Shown: piece by piece, positions 1-13,085 of the stretch
Layout of the letters: every line of letters starts with the position of its first letter
Position numbering within the stretch: the stretch's first letter is position 1
Origin: Octopus vulgaris
Lineage: Eukaryota
Assembly: GCA_951406725.2 (NCBI GenBank)
Contig: OX597829.1
Span: 744,001 to 808,000 of the forward strand
Length of the DNA: 64,000 bases
Direction of reading: 5' to 3'
The notes under the pieces: model-generated
Databases searched by the model: none
The model's input: only the letters and a program-made list of their open reading frames with translations
What the model was told of the DNA's origin: nothing
Made by a program: the position numbers and the translations under genes

Positions 1-156
1 ATCAACCCCAACATTCAACTGTTACTTATTTTATCGACCCCGAAAGGAGGAAAGGCAAAGGCAACGTCGGCGGAATTTGAACTCAGAACTTGAAGACGGA
101 CGAAACGAAGCTAAGTGTTTTGCCCGGCCTGCTAACGATTCTGCCAGCTTGCCGCC
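1..156 (-). mobile_element. tRNA-derived SINE family A (Nin/Deu-like central domain), cut by the window edge
   Basis: Reverse complement reads GGCGGCAAGCTGGCAGAATCGTTAGCA...TTCTGAGTTCAAATTCCGCCGA...GCCTTTCCTCCTTTCGGGGTCGATAAAATAAGTAACAG, matching the copies at 5063, 28366 and 60080. Confidence 0.85.
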
Positions 157-769
157 TTAAGGTAAGTGAATATATTGGCGCAATATGTGTGTTTATGTGT
201 CTGTGTATACTTGAGAGTGTGAGTGTGTGTGTTTGACAGAGAAAGAGAGAGAGAGAGGGAATGCATTTGTGTTAGTGCGATGAAGAATGTGCGTGTGTGT
301 GTGTGTGTGTATGAGAGAGAGAGAGAGACAGACAGAGAGGAAATATTCTGTGTGTGTATTCGATGTTAAGCACGGAACGGGACTAGTAGCGCTTGAAAAT
401 AGAGATTGGGATTGAATTTACAGTAAATCGTTCATTCTGGATATGTTTCCTTTGAAAAACAATATATGATGTTTATATGTGTTCTTCAACACTGTTTCAG
501 ATATTTGAGAACTGTTGTTGTGCGTAGCGGCAGTACCGTCTTAGATTTCGTTTCCTCTTTGATAAATTTGATAAAAAACAAACAAAAAAAAACATAAAAT
601 TTATAATAGACAATAAAACAGTAACTTCGACTTTTGTTATGCAAGCAACAAGTTTCTTGTTTTTGTTTGAAATGAATTATTGATCTGTCAATCATGACAT
701 CATATTAACCTACAAAACGAAAGGCGGTTTTGGTAGGGATGGAATCTAGGAGTGAGTGATTAGAAGAGT

Positions 770-965
770 GAGTAGGTGGAGCGTTGGAAAAACCTCCTGC
801 CGTTTTCTACCTAGACTTTAGGTCTGAGTTCAAATCATACTGCGATCAACATTCTCTTTCATCCTTTTGGAGTCATTAATTAAAGTTCCAATCAAGAACT
901 GGAATTGATGGTATCGACCAAACGCCTTTTTTTTTAAATTTCAGGCCTTGTGCCTTTGTGCCTAG
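770..965 (+). mobile_element. Highly diverged SINE family A copy
   Basis: Degenerate CTGAGTTCAAATC...CTTTCATCCTTTTGGAGTC...TCAGGCCTTGTGCC. Confidence 0.6.
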
Positions 966-1796
966 AAACAGTTTGTCCCAGAAAACAACTCTTGGAACAC
1001 AACCAATGAAATAATCGAAAAGAAATTAAGCATGCGCACACATACACACTCAGCTTCATCAAATGCATTCATTTTCCCTCCTCTTCTCACCGTCTCCTGC
1101 AGTGAAAACTTCATTCACAGTTCAGACTACGTAACACTTAAATCGGTCTTTCATCTCCCTAATTCCTTCTGGAAAGCAACTCCCCTTACTTAGGTTTCCT
1201 TGAAAATATTCCTCTAAGTCAGCCGGCTAGGAGACGATGAATAAAGCTTCCGTCATGTCTATACAGCTTCCTTCCCAACAATATGTTGTCTTGTGCCAAA
1301 GTAAGAAATCATTATTTATTCCATAAGGCTCATTAATAAAAATTTTAATAATTGTCTGAATTCTAAATAACGTTAAATGAATAATCAAATATAACCAAAT
1401 TATTTTCTGAGAACAAATAGATTCAAAGAGAAGACGAGTTGTGGAGTGGAATTCATTAAGAAAATGGTAAAAAAAAAAACTTAGTTTAGTACAACGGTTC
1501 CATCACCCAAGCATCATTAGTTAACTTAGGAGTAGGTACAGAAAAATCCCTGGCTTTAAAGGTATCGCGAAAGGCCCGGTAGGAAGCCCAACCTTCCGGG
1601 TTTCTTTTACAGAGCTTACAAAAACTGAGAGACGTCTGCAATAAGTGTGTGATTCTGAGAGGAGAATGTTGAATAGTGTTGTATTTAGGAATGGCCATTT
1701 TGCCAGTTTAGCCAATAAAAACACACGCACTATATATTTGGTGTTACTTTGCTTCAGCGTTATTTATTTTTTACATTAATCTTAATCTTATTTCAG

Positions 1797-1836
1797 TCAG
1801 AGTTCTTTCGTCACACTCCTGTGACCTCATCAGTGG
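1797..1836 (-). ncRNA. Hammerhead ribozyme core motif (Penelope-type)
   Basis: Minus strand: CUGAUGA-g-GUCACA(GGAG)UGUGAC-GAAA-GAACUC; perfect 6-bp stem II, degenerate stem I. Confidence 0.6.
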
Positions 1837-2796
1837 TCCTTTGCTTTCTTCTTTCTTATTTGTGTGTCTCTCCTTACTAACGGTCAGCCATTTTGTATTT
1901 TGTATTTCTATTGTATGTGTCTTCATTTGCGCATGCGTATATCTCTATGTGCGTCTAATTAGCTGATCCTCCTATATTTTCTTTTACCCAAAGCCAGGAA
2001 ATTTTCACATCTCTTCGTACTTTGATACGTCGACTTAGATATTGCACCTCCGTAAATTCATCTTCATTTAAATAAATATCACCCCACAAAAGATTCTAGC
2101 TGATTCCATAAACATACAAAGCTTCCACAAGCGGCCCATGGTCTAACCTGTACAGACGATAGCTCCTATCAAAAACCAGTGAAAAAAGAACGATTATTAT
2201 GTAACACGATAACACCTCATTTGAACTCAGAACGTTACTATTTCCTCGAATCTATTACATTTTAGTTCTTCCTTGTCTTACTGTTCAATAGAGAGTTTCT
2301 CACCCAATAATTTTTTGTTTGATAAATATTTACATCATCACATGAACCTTTTCATTTTGAAAAAGAAGAAATATTATTTACATATATGTTAACTAATATA
2401 AAAATAAGTATGTAAGTACAAATTTTAAAGCTCTACCGCGTACAAATTTGGCTTTGCCAGATACCAGAAACCCCTCCTTAAGAAACGTTATATCTTAAAG
2501 ACCTGACTTCTAAGCTAAAAATAACAATTTTCATTTCTGTTTATTTAGTATGTATTAATCCAGTCTAAGTAACTAATAACTACAGCGGTGGTTTTTGGTG
2601 TTATAATTGAAAAAACACGCATGCTCTATCCTCTTTAACCTTAGAGCAAAACAAAATAAAAGTTTGAGTTCCGACTGAATTCATTAATTTCAACTCCAAC
2701 TGTATATTTGTATGTCACTCATTTCCTTCATCTTTATAAAAAAAATAAAAGTAAAAAATTGGATATTTTGACCAAGTTGCAACTAACTCTTCACTC

Positions 2797-3212
2797 GGAT
2801 CTTTTCGGTTTGAACGGCAGTTTTTAACATAATTTCTAGGTAATTAAAAAATTTTAAACTTCGTATACTGGTAGAATGTGTTTATAAAACATCTTTTCTC
2901 TTGGCTTTATTGAGAAAATTCTATAGTTTGCAAGATATTTGTTGTTGTTTTTTCTTCAATTTCTGCAATTTCAACCAATCACTGACGTCTTTTGAGGTAA
3001 AAAACATTCTGCGCCGTATGGATATTTCCCTCGTTGAAGAAACAGATTGGGTTTATTTACATTTGTGAAGAAAAAAAGATACCCTTCCAACACCCCTAAC
3101 CCTAGCCCTAAAACATATTGAAATGCAATAGATCGATACTAGGGTCATAATTATGGGTGACAATTTCATATGACACCGCTAAAAAAAACTGCCGTTCAAA
3201 CCGAAAAGATCC
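2797..3212. mobile_element. MITE-like element with ~30-bp TIRs and internal telomere-like repeats (copy 1)
   Basis: GGATCTTTTCGGTTTGAACGGCAGTTTTT ... AAAAACTGCCGTTCAAACCGAAAAGATCC; internal CCCTAACCCTAGCCCTA; homologous to 8486-8915 in the opposite orientation. Confidence 0.85.
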
Positions 3213-3416
3213 CTATTTGTTTTCACCATTTTCCCAATACACAGGTCCCTTTTCTATCCAACTGTGAACTCTGGACCAAACATGGCCGCTATCAAAGATA
3301 CAACTAAACTTCACACATATCTGCTCGTCTTTCTCTGGTTTCTCTTCGCTATATTCATTTAAATTCAGTTATATTCATTTCCTCGAATATAACCTATTTC
3401 TCCACAATCTAGTTAT

Positions 3417-3647
3417 ACCTATTTCTTTACTACCCACAAGGGGCTAAACACAGAGGGGACAAACAAGGACAGACAAACGGATTAAGTCGATTATATCGAC
3501 CCCAGTGCGTAACTGGTACTTAATTTAACGACCCCGAAAGGATGAAAGGCAAAGTCGATCCCGGCGGAATTTGAACTCAGAACGTTGCGACGTCGAAATA
3601 CCGCTAAGCATTTCGCCCGGCCTGCTAACGATTCTGCCAGCTCACCT
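3417..3647 (-). mobile_element. SINE family A, near full length
   Basis: tRNA-like head plus GCCTTTCATCCTTTCGGGGTCG domain; flanked by direct repeat TAGTTATACC (3410-3419 and 3653-3662). Confidence 0.9.
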
Positions 3648-3810
3648 CCTTTTAGTTATACCACACCTCATATTCTTCCTTGTATGTCTTCAGCCGCTGG
3701 CCACAAGGCCAGAAATACCAAAATATAGTTCCGAAGTCAATACCTTATCCTCAATATATTTCAGAAGTCCATGGAGGATAACAAGTTATTACGTAAAATA
3801 ATTATATGTA

Positions 3811-4250
3811 TATAACCTCTTGTTCACGACATTTGGAAAAGGCGAGGGATAGAAAAGTCCTTGCTCAGATGTGTAGGGAAGGGAGGAGGAAGGGGACGGA
3901 AGGAAGTGACATGCGCAGACTGGTATTGCTATAGTAACTAATCTGCTTCATTTAGTTCCTTTCTGTTGTTAATGACTGGAGGGCCTCCACGAATCTCAGA
4001 ATCATAGAGGCATCGAGACCAGCTGTTAAAATCAGGAAGGAACTACATGAACGTAACTGGTTACTATAGCAACACCAGTCTGCGCATGTTGCCTTCCACC
4101 TTTTCCTCTTCCCCCATCTCTTCCTCTTTCCTTCCCCTTCTCTTCATCCCCCCTTCTCACTCCTCCTCTTCTTCTCCCTTACATCTGAGTAGCAACAAAT
4201 GTCCTGACGAACGGGTTATAGCCCCGAAATATAGAAATACAAGGTAAAAC
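3811..4250. repeat. Diverged inverted-repeat element with an HHR-like motif in the right arm
   Basis: ACATGCGCAGACTGGTATTGCTATAGTAAC (~3910-3940) mirrors GTTACTATAGCAACACCAGTCTGCGCATGT (~4060-4089); CTGACGA-acgggttatagcccc-GAAA-TATA at 4204-4233. Confidence 0.65.
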
Positions 4251-5062
4251 TGCAACTTTGCTTTATTTCCTTTTCCTTTTGTAGTTTACTTTGTACCTTC
4301 TTGCATTTTTCTGGTCTTACACAAAAATCTCTTTAAAGTTATACTACACAACGCTTCACCAAAACTACTTCTTATGTATGTATGTATCTATGTAGGTAGT
4401 TAGGTAGGTAGGTAGGTAAGTAGGTAGGTAGGTGGACACAGAAAGACCTTATTTTTATATGTGAGGGTGCACGAATGCATTGTGTAAATTTCTCTTCTTT
4501 GATCGCCTGTTTTGGTTTATCAGATAAATTCGTTCGGTTTTTTTTCTTCGCACTTCACCTTCCAAAGAGAGGTAAAATTTATTCTAATTTCAAAAACGAT
4601 AAACAACAGTTATAGAAGAAAAATAAAGCTACAAAAAAAGAAGAACTATGTGTGACGGCAATAGAAATATATTTTATGTTAATTCCTTTAATATTGGAAA
4701 GGATTAAAATTAATGGAAAAACTAACAAAACAAAACAAAGAATTCATATGATAACCCAATATAAATGGATAGTCATTGAAGTGATTTATGTATTTCACAG
4801 AAATTAATCAAGTTATTTTAAAGTAATTTTCAACAATTTAAGAATATACTATCAGAGAGCCAGTATTTTGCAGATTGTTGTGTTGAAGAATAAAGTAAAA
4901 TTGTTATTAAATAAGAAAAGAAAATAATAGAATAGCTTTCCTGAATAAACGAAATGCGTTGACCGAATAAAGAAATAAAGTATTGCATAAATAATAGATA
5001 ATTTAATAAAAAGCAGATTTTAAAAGTGGTTACATTCTGCTTTAAATACGTTCCACCTTGAA

Positions 5063-5445
5063 GGCGGCGAGCTGGCAGAAACGTTAGCACGCCGGGCGAA
5101 ATGCGGAGCCGTATTTCGTCCGCCGTTACGTTCTGAGTTCAAATTCCGCCGAGTTCGACTTTGCCTTTCATCCTTTCGGGGTCGATAAATTAAGTACCAG
5201 TTATGCACTGGGGTCGATATAATCGACTTAATCCGTTTGTCTGAACTTGTTTGTCGCCTCTATGTTTAGCCCCTTGTGGGCAATAAAGAAATAGATATAG
5301 GTATTTCGTCTGCCGCTACGTTCTGAGTTCAAATTCCGCCGAGGTCGACTTTGTCTTTCATCCTTTCGGGGTCGATAAATTAAGTACCAGTTGAACACTG
5401 GAGTCGATGTAATCGACTGCTCCCTCCCCGGCCTAGAGTAGAAAC
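5063..5445 (+). mobile_element. SINE family A, tandem (twin) form
   Basis: Full unit 5063-~5297, then a second unit starting at GGTATTTCGTCTG (~5300) with a different 3' tail. Confidence 0.9.
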
Positions 5446-6662
5446 GAATATGCTCCACGCTGGTTGGTCATTTTAGTATTGAGTCGAAATCGATCTGATT
5501 GTAAACAAAGTATGTGTGTGTGTATGTAAATATGTAAGTATATATGTGTGTGTGCCCTTACTACTTACTACTTACATATATACATACATACGCACATACG
5601 GTGATATATATCTGTGCGTATATATACACATATATATATACATACACACACACACACATATAATATATATATATATATTGTATATATACTAAGGTATATA
5701 TATGTGTATGTGAGCGTGTGTGTATAATGTCAAAGAGCGTAGACTTGAAACGTGAAATGACTTCCATATTTCCTAAGCGTGAAACTAATACACGTGCCTA
5801 TTGTTTCATCACCTGCCTTTGTCTTTTATCTTGTCGACATTTGGACTACACACACGCACACACACACACATATGTGTGTGTGTATATATGCAGCTTATTC
5901 TGTCGGTCGCCTTTACTAAACCATTAAGTTACGGGAACGTAAACAAACTAACGCTGATTGTGAAATGGGATGGGGAACAAGCACAAAGAGACACACTCAT
6001 ACGCACATGTGCATGCACTCATATGTATACATATGTGTATAAATATGTGTATATGTGTGCGTGTGTATGTATGTATGTATGTACGTATGTATGCATGTAT
6101 GTATGTATGTGTATGTATTTATGTATGTGTGTATATATGTATGTATGCATGTATGTATGTGTATGCATGTATGTATGTATGTATGTATGTATGTATGTAC
6201 ATGCACGCACGCGCGTGACCATTTTCTTTCAGTTTCCGTCTACCACATGCATAGGTATTCATACTGCGTTTGATATAATTACTCTACGAAGTTACAGTTT
6301 GGTATTCTAAAGAATTTGTAAAATGGCTGATGAATGGAAGTCTTGATCATTTACCGTCGAAAATGCTAACGACAGAATATATACTACAGTGGAAGAATAG
6401 AATCCTGATACTAAAGATATTTCAACAGAACATCCAGGACTAGAAACTGAGGGAAAAAGAGTAAAGGAACAATAATAAATGGAATATAAAATATTTGAGT
6501 TTTGTGTTAATGAAAAGTTGATTTCAGATACAAGAAAGAAAAAAAATTCAGATGTTGATGTGAACGTGAGCCAACTTATTGTAGATAATATTCCTGTGAA
6601 ATGTCTTTCTAGAAATAGAAAACCTCGTAAATATTAATATTTATGAGGTTATATATACATAT

Positions 6663-6703
<41 letters not shown>

Positions 6704-6705
<2 letters not shown>

Positions 6706-6835
6706 GAAAAAAACAAAAGACGAAGACAGGTGGTGTACAAAACAAACAGATGTATTAGTATAACGCTCATGAATAGAAAACGTCTTTTACGTTTCGAGCC
6801 TACGCTCTCCTACAGAAAGGTACACAGAAAAAAAT
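6704..6835 (-). mobile_element. Penelope-like pseudo-LTR fragment (family L1) with HHR-like motif at 6784-6819
   Basis: Homologous to 10815-10972 (+) and 41405-41590 (-); minus strand cuuu-CUGUAGG-a-GAGC(GUAG)GCUC-GAAACGUA-aaag. Confidence 0.75.
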
Positions 6836-7080
6836 GTGTGTAGTGGCTAATGATCTAAAATGTATATATGTATTCGTCTTCCAGTACAACACCATTTCCT
6901 GGCTTGGTTGCGTTTAGTGGAATCTATCCACTTAGTTGCAAGCATTTTTCGGACCAGACTTCGATTTTCAGGAAGAAGCTTTTTCCTTTTTTCTCTCCGC
7001 ATATCAATGAAGAAAGAATTGAAGTGGGTCATGGATGTTGACTTACTTGATCTGAAAAAAGCGCAAAAAGAAAAAGAAAA

Positions 7081-7138
<58 letters not shown>

Positions 7139-7802
7139 AAAAGAAAAAAGAAAGAAGGAAAGAAACGTGTTCAGAGTTTTGATGTTGTGATTGTACATTT
7201 GTGTCTCTGTTTTCAGTTGTGTGGATGTCTCGAAGAAACGTGTTCAGAGTTTTATCTGAAAAACGTTCAGCCGTCATTACCAATGAGAAACAAGTTTTAA
7301 AAAAAGATGGAATTCATCATACCCCACTCAACATCTTTTAGATTTCCTGTTTTTTTTTATTAATATTTCTTTATAAAGTCAAGATAAACGGAGTAAAAAA
7401 TTAAAGTGACAAGGCTTTACATTCAGTAAGAAAATTTCCACGTTTCAGATTTGATCTTCCAAAACTTTGGAAGCATGTGAGAAGTACAGCATAAGACCTA
7501 AGAATCTAATTCGTTTTACGCTTATTTTTATTTTTTTTTTTTGAAGAAAAAGTTAAATAAACATGTAAACTCATGGAAAAAAAAAATATGCAAAACACAG
7601 AAGAAAGAGAAAAATATAAGACACTCACGTTAACACCGCATTCCTGTCTGCTCTTCAAGTCTGGAATGCAGAGAACACAATCGGATTATGACGAGGCTGT
7701 GCCTGCGTGTGCGTTCATTTATGTGCGTGGGTACGTTTGCACGGCTGTGTGTATGCGCGCGTGTGTGTGTGTGTTTGTGTGTGTGCGTGTGCGTGTGTGT
7801 GT

Positions 7803-7852
<50 letters not shown>

Positions 7853-8485
7853 TAATGTGTTGGATCTGAGCCTTTGTCCGATTGTCTGCTTGTTTTGCAC
7901 ATGAAAGTGTAGAAGTTGCTGGAAATGTGTATAGTTGTTTGCCTCAGTTTGTGTGGGTGTGTATGTGTGTGTATGTGAGTGAGTGAATGTGTATGTATTG
8001 ATGTATACGTTCTTGTGTGTGTATGTTTCACTAAGTACGTATATCTGTGTGTGTGTGTGTGTGTGCGTGTGTGAGTGTGCCAGTGAGTACGTAGTATTTT
8101 TTTTTTTACTAAATTATTGTTTTCTTCAAATGAAAAAATATTCTTCAAGGATGCACAAATGATATAAAACCCATACTTTGTAGCTGTCACTCTTTTAGTA
8201 TCGAACGAAACAGCTTTAGACGTACTTGCGTATCCGTTTAGGTATAATTCTCCCCACCTAGGCGAATATTTCTTTTTATCTCACCGAAAAAAAAAGAAGA
8301 AAAAACAGAAAAAAAAACACATCAAAAAGAAAATAAGCAGCAGAATTGTTTTCATAACTGAAATTCAATGAATAAGTGCCTAACTCTTGTCATACTAAAG
8401 GAACAAAATGGTTTTTAGATTTTTATGCAATAAAACATTCGAATTAGAGCAAACCTGTGTATTGGGAAAATGGTGAAAAAAATAG

Positions 8486-8915
8486 GGATCTTTTCGGTTT
8501 GAACGGCAGTTTTTTCTAGCGGTGTCATATGAAATTGTCACCCATAATTATGACCCTAGTATCGATCTATTGCATTTCAATCTGTTTTAGGTTTAGGGTT
8601 AGTTAGGGTTAGGGTTAGGGGTGGGGGAAGGGTATCTTTTTTTTTTCAGAAATGTAAATAAACCCAATCTGTTTCTTAAACGAGAGACATATTCATTACG
8701 GCACAGAATGTTATCACCTCAAAAGACGTCATTGAATGGTTGAAATTGCAGAAATTGAAGAAAAAAAACAAAAAATATCTTACAAACCATAGAATTTTCT
8801 CAATAAAGCCAAGAGAAAAAGATGTTTTATAAATACATTCTACCAATATACGAAGTTTAAAAGTGTTTAGTTACGTGGAAATTATTTTTAGAAAACTGCC
8901 GTTCAAACCGAAAAG
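8486..8915. mobile_element. MITE-like element with telomere-like repeats (copy 2, inverted relative to copy 1)
   Basis: Same TIR GGATCTTTTCGGTTTGAACGGCAG; internal TTAGGGTTAGTTAGGGTTAGGGTTAGGGG. Confidence 0.85.
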
Positions 8916-9319
8916 CTACACAAATAGTTCAAACGGTGGAAGAAATGTTATAGTTCGAAGAAAAGAGCACATGACAATTGTTTCAAAATTTATCCCAAAG
9001 CCAGTAATTTTAGCGGGGTGAGGTTAATCGATTAAATTACTCAGCAGTTATTTTATCGACCTGAACTTATTAAAGTTAAAGATTCTAAAGTCGGGGAAAA
9101 TGTAGTTTCTCATAAATCAATCATAGCGACTATTCTTCCTGTCAATAACTATCTTGTCTGTGTACTTCCGAAATCCAATGTAAAATCATAGCGCTGGATA
9201 GAGGGGAAACTGTAGAGAAGCCCACTGGATGGTCTATACCTGTGGCTGAGCGGTGATGATCCTTTACTGTTTCCTAGTTAATATATAAATTTATCCAAAC
9301 ATAAATTTATCCAAACATG

Positions 9320-9560
9320 AAAACAAAGAGAAAACACAACAACGCGAGGACGTGGAACAAATATAGTATTATTGGACGCTCAGGAAGGAAGGGAAGAAGG
9401 AGGGTTTAACGTTTCGAGCGGAGCTCTTCGTCAGAAACATAGGAAAAGGAAAGATCCAGAGAAGGGAAGACAGAGGGAAAAACAATCGCCAACGGTACAC
9501 ACGTTTCGAGCCTAGGCTTTTCGACAGAAGGGTTTAAGAGGGAAAAAAAACGGAGAGAGA
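9320..9560 (-). mobile_element. Penelope-like pseudo-LTR (family L2) fused to a family L1 piece; HHR at 9404-9438 and a second core at 9501-9529
   Basis: Minus strand guuu-CUGACGA-a-GAGC(UCC)GCUC-GAAACGUU-aaac; homologous to 32135-32330. Confidence 0.8.
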
Positions 9561-9627
9561 GAGAAAAACATATAGAGTTTAACGGTTCAAGATACATATG
9601 CATATGTGTGTGTGTGGGTGTATACAG

Positions 9628-10042
9628 CAGGGACGTGCCGCTTAGGTAGGTATGGTAGGCAAGTGTTTATCATAAATTAAAATAGATCGATAGTAATATT
9701 TTCCTCTCATGGCAAAATATGCACCTGATTCAATAAAATTATGAAGGTTTCTCTGATTGCTATGCATAAAACGCAACATATTTAATTTTTTTGTAGATTA
9801 GGTAGGTATAATTTGCCCCTGCCTTTCAATCTCAATATTAAAGCTAAGCATAGAACTGCTGTAGTACACATGCTGCGTACATTCCTACAACAACGTTTTC
9901 TATACATGCTATAGAGGCAGGAATAGATCTACCTCCAACTCAGTCGCGCGCCTGTGTTTCGCTTTTTGCGTGTGTGTGTGTGTTTTACTACATAAACGTC
10001 ACCAAGTGCCTACCCTGAGTAATTACTGTCGGCACGTGCCTG
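9628..10042. mobile_element. hAT-like MITE
   Basis: Termini CAGGGACGTGCCG ... CGGCACGTGCCTG; imperfect 8-bp TSD GTATACAG/ATATATAG. Confidence 0.65.
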
Positions 10043-10261
10043 ATATATAGTCATGAGTAAAGTGACGGTGGATGCTAGTAAGCACCAGCATTGCTAGAAA
10101 TAAGAGTAAAAACAACTTTTAACCACGCGAGTGCACTTATATGATGACTGAAAAAGATCGGCCCTCCCCCATTCCCTAAGACAAGCGAGATGGAGTCAGA
10201 TGGAGTCAGACTGTACTTGTTGCCTAGCGGTTCTAAATTGCAGATATCCACCTTAATAATT

Positions 10262-10372
<111 letters not shown>

Positions 10373-10814
10373 ATGCATGCATGCATGTATGCATGTATGT
10401 ATGTATGTATGTATGTATGTATGTATGTATGTATGTATGTATGTACATAAATATTTTGGAGTAACACAAGAACGACAGAAATTCGTGTATATATTTAGTA
10501 TGAGACACAAGTAGCGATTTTAATTTAACGTTCTTTCTACAACCAGATGTCCGTCCATAATGACTGATTGTTTTTCTTCACTGTTTCCTTATTATCGAAC
10601 TACGAATTTCGTTGAACCAATACACAATAAGGAGCATTGCATAGGCAAACCCCCCAAAAGGGGAAACGCGCCCGTCTTTCTCATCAGTCACTGCAACGAA
10701 AATATTCGCCCCGCATCGATATATATTGTGTTTTTAACACAGCATGTCTTTAAAGAGATTTTATTTCAAACAATATGCAACATCATGCCTTCTTACAGAG
10801 TGTATACACTTAAT

Positions 10815-10972
10815 ATTTTTTTCTCTCCTTGTTTTTTTCTGTGTCCCTTTCTGTAGATGAGTGTAGGCTCGAAACGTAAAAGACTTTTTCTATTCCTGAG
10901 CGTTATACTAATACATCTGTTTGTTTTGTACACCACCTGTCTTCGTCTTTTGTTTTTTTCGTAAACTCTCCC
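10815..10972 (+). mobile_element. Penelope-like pseudo-LTR (family L1) with HHR-like motif at 10847-10882
   Basis: cttt-CTGTAGA-t-GAGT(GTAG)GCTC-GAAACGTA-aaag. Confidence 0.75.
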
Positions 10973-11369
10973 TAATATAAATTTATCCCTAACATCAATG
11001 ACTTGGAAGGAACTCTACAATTTAATATTGATATTCTTTTTAGGCAGTCACATAACTTCATATCTGAGGGAAGGTGGAAGGTTTCAGTTTTCATCAAGTC
11101 GAGAGATAAGGTCGAACTCCACTTGGTTTTTGAAGGTGGAACAAAGATCGCTACAGAATACTGGAAGCAACAGCAGTTGTTTAAAAGACAAGTAGATGCC
11201 CTTTCCGGCAGATACATAGCTAAATATGATAAAGGTTTGTGAAGTCAAAGAATATTTGTTATTTTTTAAATTAACTATGGAAATAAACTTATCAAATAAT
11301 TATAAGAATTATGTTGTATTTCAGCAAAGATGAAAAATTATGTAACAGAATAGCGCATAGAAAAAGGGG

Positions 11370-12310
11370 ACAGGAGAGCAAGAGATAAATGAAAAAGGAG
11401 AGAGCAAGTGAGAGTGGCGAGTAAGAAACATAGGAGGAGGTCAAGAGTGATTAGAGAAGAAGGTAGATAGGCGAGTATAGGAAAGGAAAAGAGATATAAC
11501 TTAAGGACAGAGATAGAAGAGTAAAAGCGATATTAGCAAAGGAGAGATAAATGGGTAAAAGTGATAAGAACAAAGGGGAAATAACAGAACAAAGAGAGAT
11601 ACGAAAGCAAGAGAGAAGGGAATAAAGAAAAGATAGGATAGGAGAGCGAGGAAAATAGGAGAGCAAAAGGGAAAGAAGAAAAAGAGGGATAAGAGAACAA
11701 GAGAGTTTGGAGAAAAATAGAGTTAAGATTGCAAGGGTGACAGGAATAATGGCGAGAGAGGCGATCAAGAGAGATATGAGAGGAATAGAGATTGGAGAGA
11801 AAGGAAGAGTGGAGAGCAAGATAGAGAGTAGAGCAAGGGAGTTGAGAGACCAAGAGAAATAGGAGAATAAGGGTGTTAGAAGATGAAGCGAGACAGGAGG
11901 GAAGGGGAAGAGGAGAGCAAGGCAAAGAGCAGAGTAAAGGAGATAGGAGAGCAAGATAAAGAATTGAGTAAGGAAGAGGAGAGAGCAAGGGATATGGGAG
12001 AGCATGGGCGAGAGGAAAGCAATGGAAAGGGGAGAGCAAGGAACATAGGAGAGCAAGGGAGAGAGGAGAGGAAGGACGAGAGGAGAGCAAGGAATATAAA
12101 AGAGCAAGGGAGAGAGGAGAGCAAGGAAGAGTAAGAGAGATGAGAGAGAGATCAAAATAATAGGAGAGCTATGGAGATAAAATAGCAAGAGAGTTAGAAT
12201 ACATGAATTAGAGAATTAATGAAGAGAAAAATAAGAAAGCAGTAGAGGAGATAGAGGAGCAGAGGAGAGCAAGGTGAGTAAGACAGATTGGAGAGTAAGA
12301 GATAGAGACA
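11370..12310 (+). repeat. Degenerate purine-rich minisatellite (GGAGAGCAAG core)
   Basis: Many recurrences of (A)GGAGAGCAAG(G/A) at irregular ~20-40 bp spacing; nearly all purine on the + strand. Confidence 0.75.
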
Positions 12311-12379
12311 AAGAAACCAATGGTTGAAGCAATGGTTCCATATATTTCAGCTCTATTTTTAAACAGTTGTCTGAAGAGA

Positions 12380-12482
12380 ATTTGATGATGGTGGTTTTGG
12401 TGGTAGTCGTGGTGGTGGTGATGGTGGTTTTGGTGGTCGTGGTGGCAGTCGTGGTGAGAAAGTAGTTTTGCTGAAGATGACA

Positions 12483-12513
<31 letters not shown>

Positions 12514-13085
12514 GAGTGATGAGGATAACGGCACTGACAACAATAAAAAATATCAATATGGCAGGAGTATGATAAATTTACATTAAAGATGCATCTGGTT
12601 ATTTTTAATCACTAATGATGATGACGTTGTTGTTGTAGAAAGAGGAGGAGGAGAAGAAGAAGAAGAAGAAGAAGAAGAAGAGGAAGAAAGGGAAGAAGAA
12701 GAAGAAGAACTGGAAGAGGAGAAGGAAGAAGAAGAAGAAGAAGAATGAGAAGAAGAAGAAGAAGAACTGGAAGAGGAGAAGGAAGAAGAAGAAGAAGAAG
12801 AAGAAGAAGAAGAAGAAGAAGAAGAACTGGAAGAGGAGGAAGAAGAAGAAGCAGATGAAGAGGAGGAGGAAGAAGAAGAAGAAGAGGAGGAGGAGGGGGA
12901 CGAAGAAGAAGAAGAAGAAGAAGAAGAAGAAGAAGAAGATGACGATAGCGATGATGATGACGATGACGATAAAATCACCACTACCAACAATAACAACAAC
13001 GACAACAATAAGACTAACAACGACACCAACAGCAACAGCAACAACAAAACCACCACCAACAACAACAGTAACAGCAATAATAACG
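12380..13085 (+). repeat. Compound trinucleotide microsatellites (GGT/GAT/GAA/CAA)
   Basis: Direct inspection. Confidence 0.95.

Noticed and set aside
5063-5150. tRNA gene candidates
   Set aside because: Box A/B-like heads belong to SINEs; no complete cloverleaf
6326-6370. CTGATGA...CGAAA resembling an HHR
   Set aside because: Weak stem II, no convincing stem I or III, and no second copy in the window
8586-8625. Telomere
   Set aside because: Only a few TTAGGG units, internal to a TIR element
10972-11242. Overlapping 65-81 aa ORFs in complex sequence
   Set aside because: No recognisable motif in any frame
11451-12188. 245-aa hydrophobic ORF resembling a membrane protein
   Set aside because: Product of the polypyrimidine strand of a degenerate repeat; no domain motif
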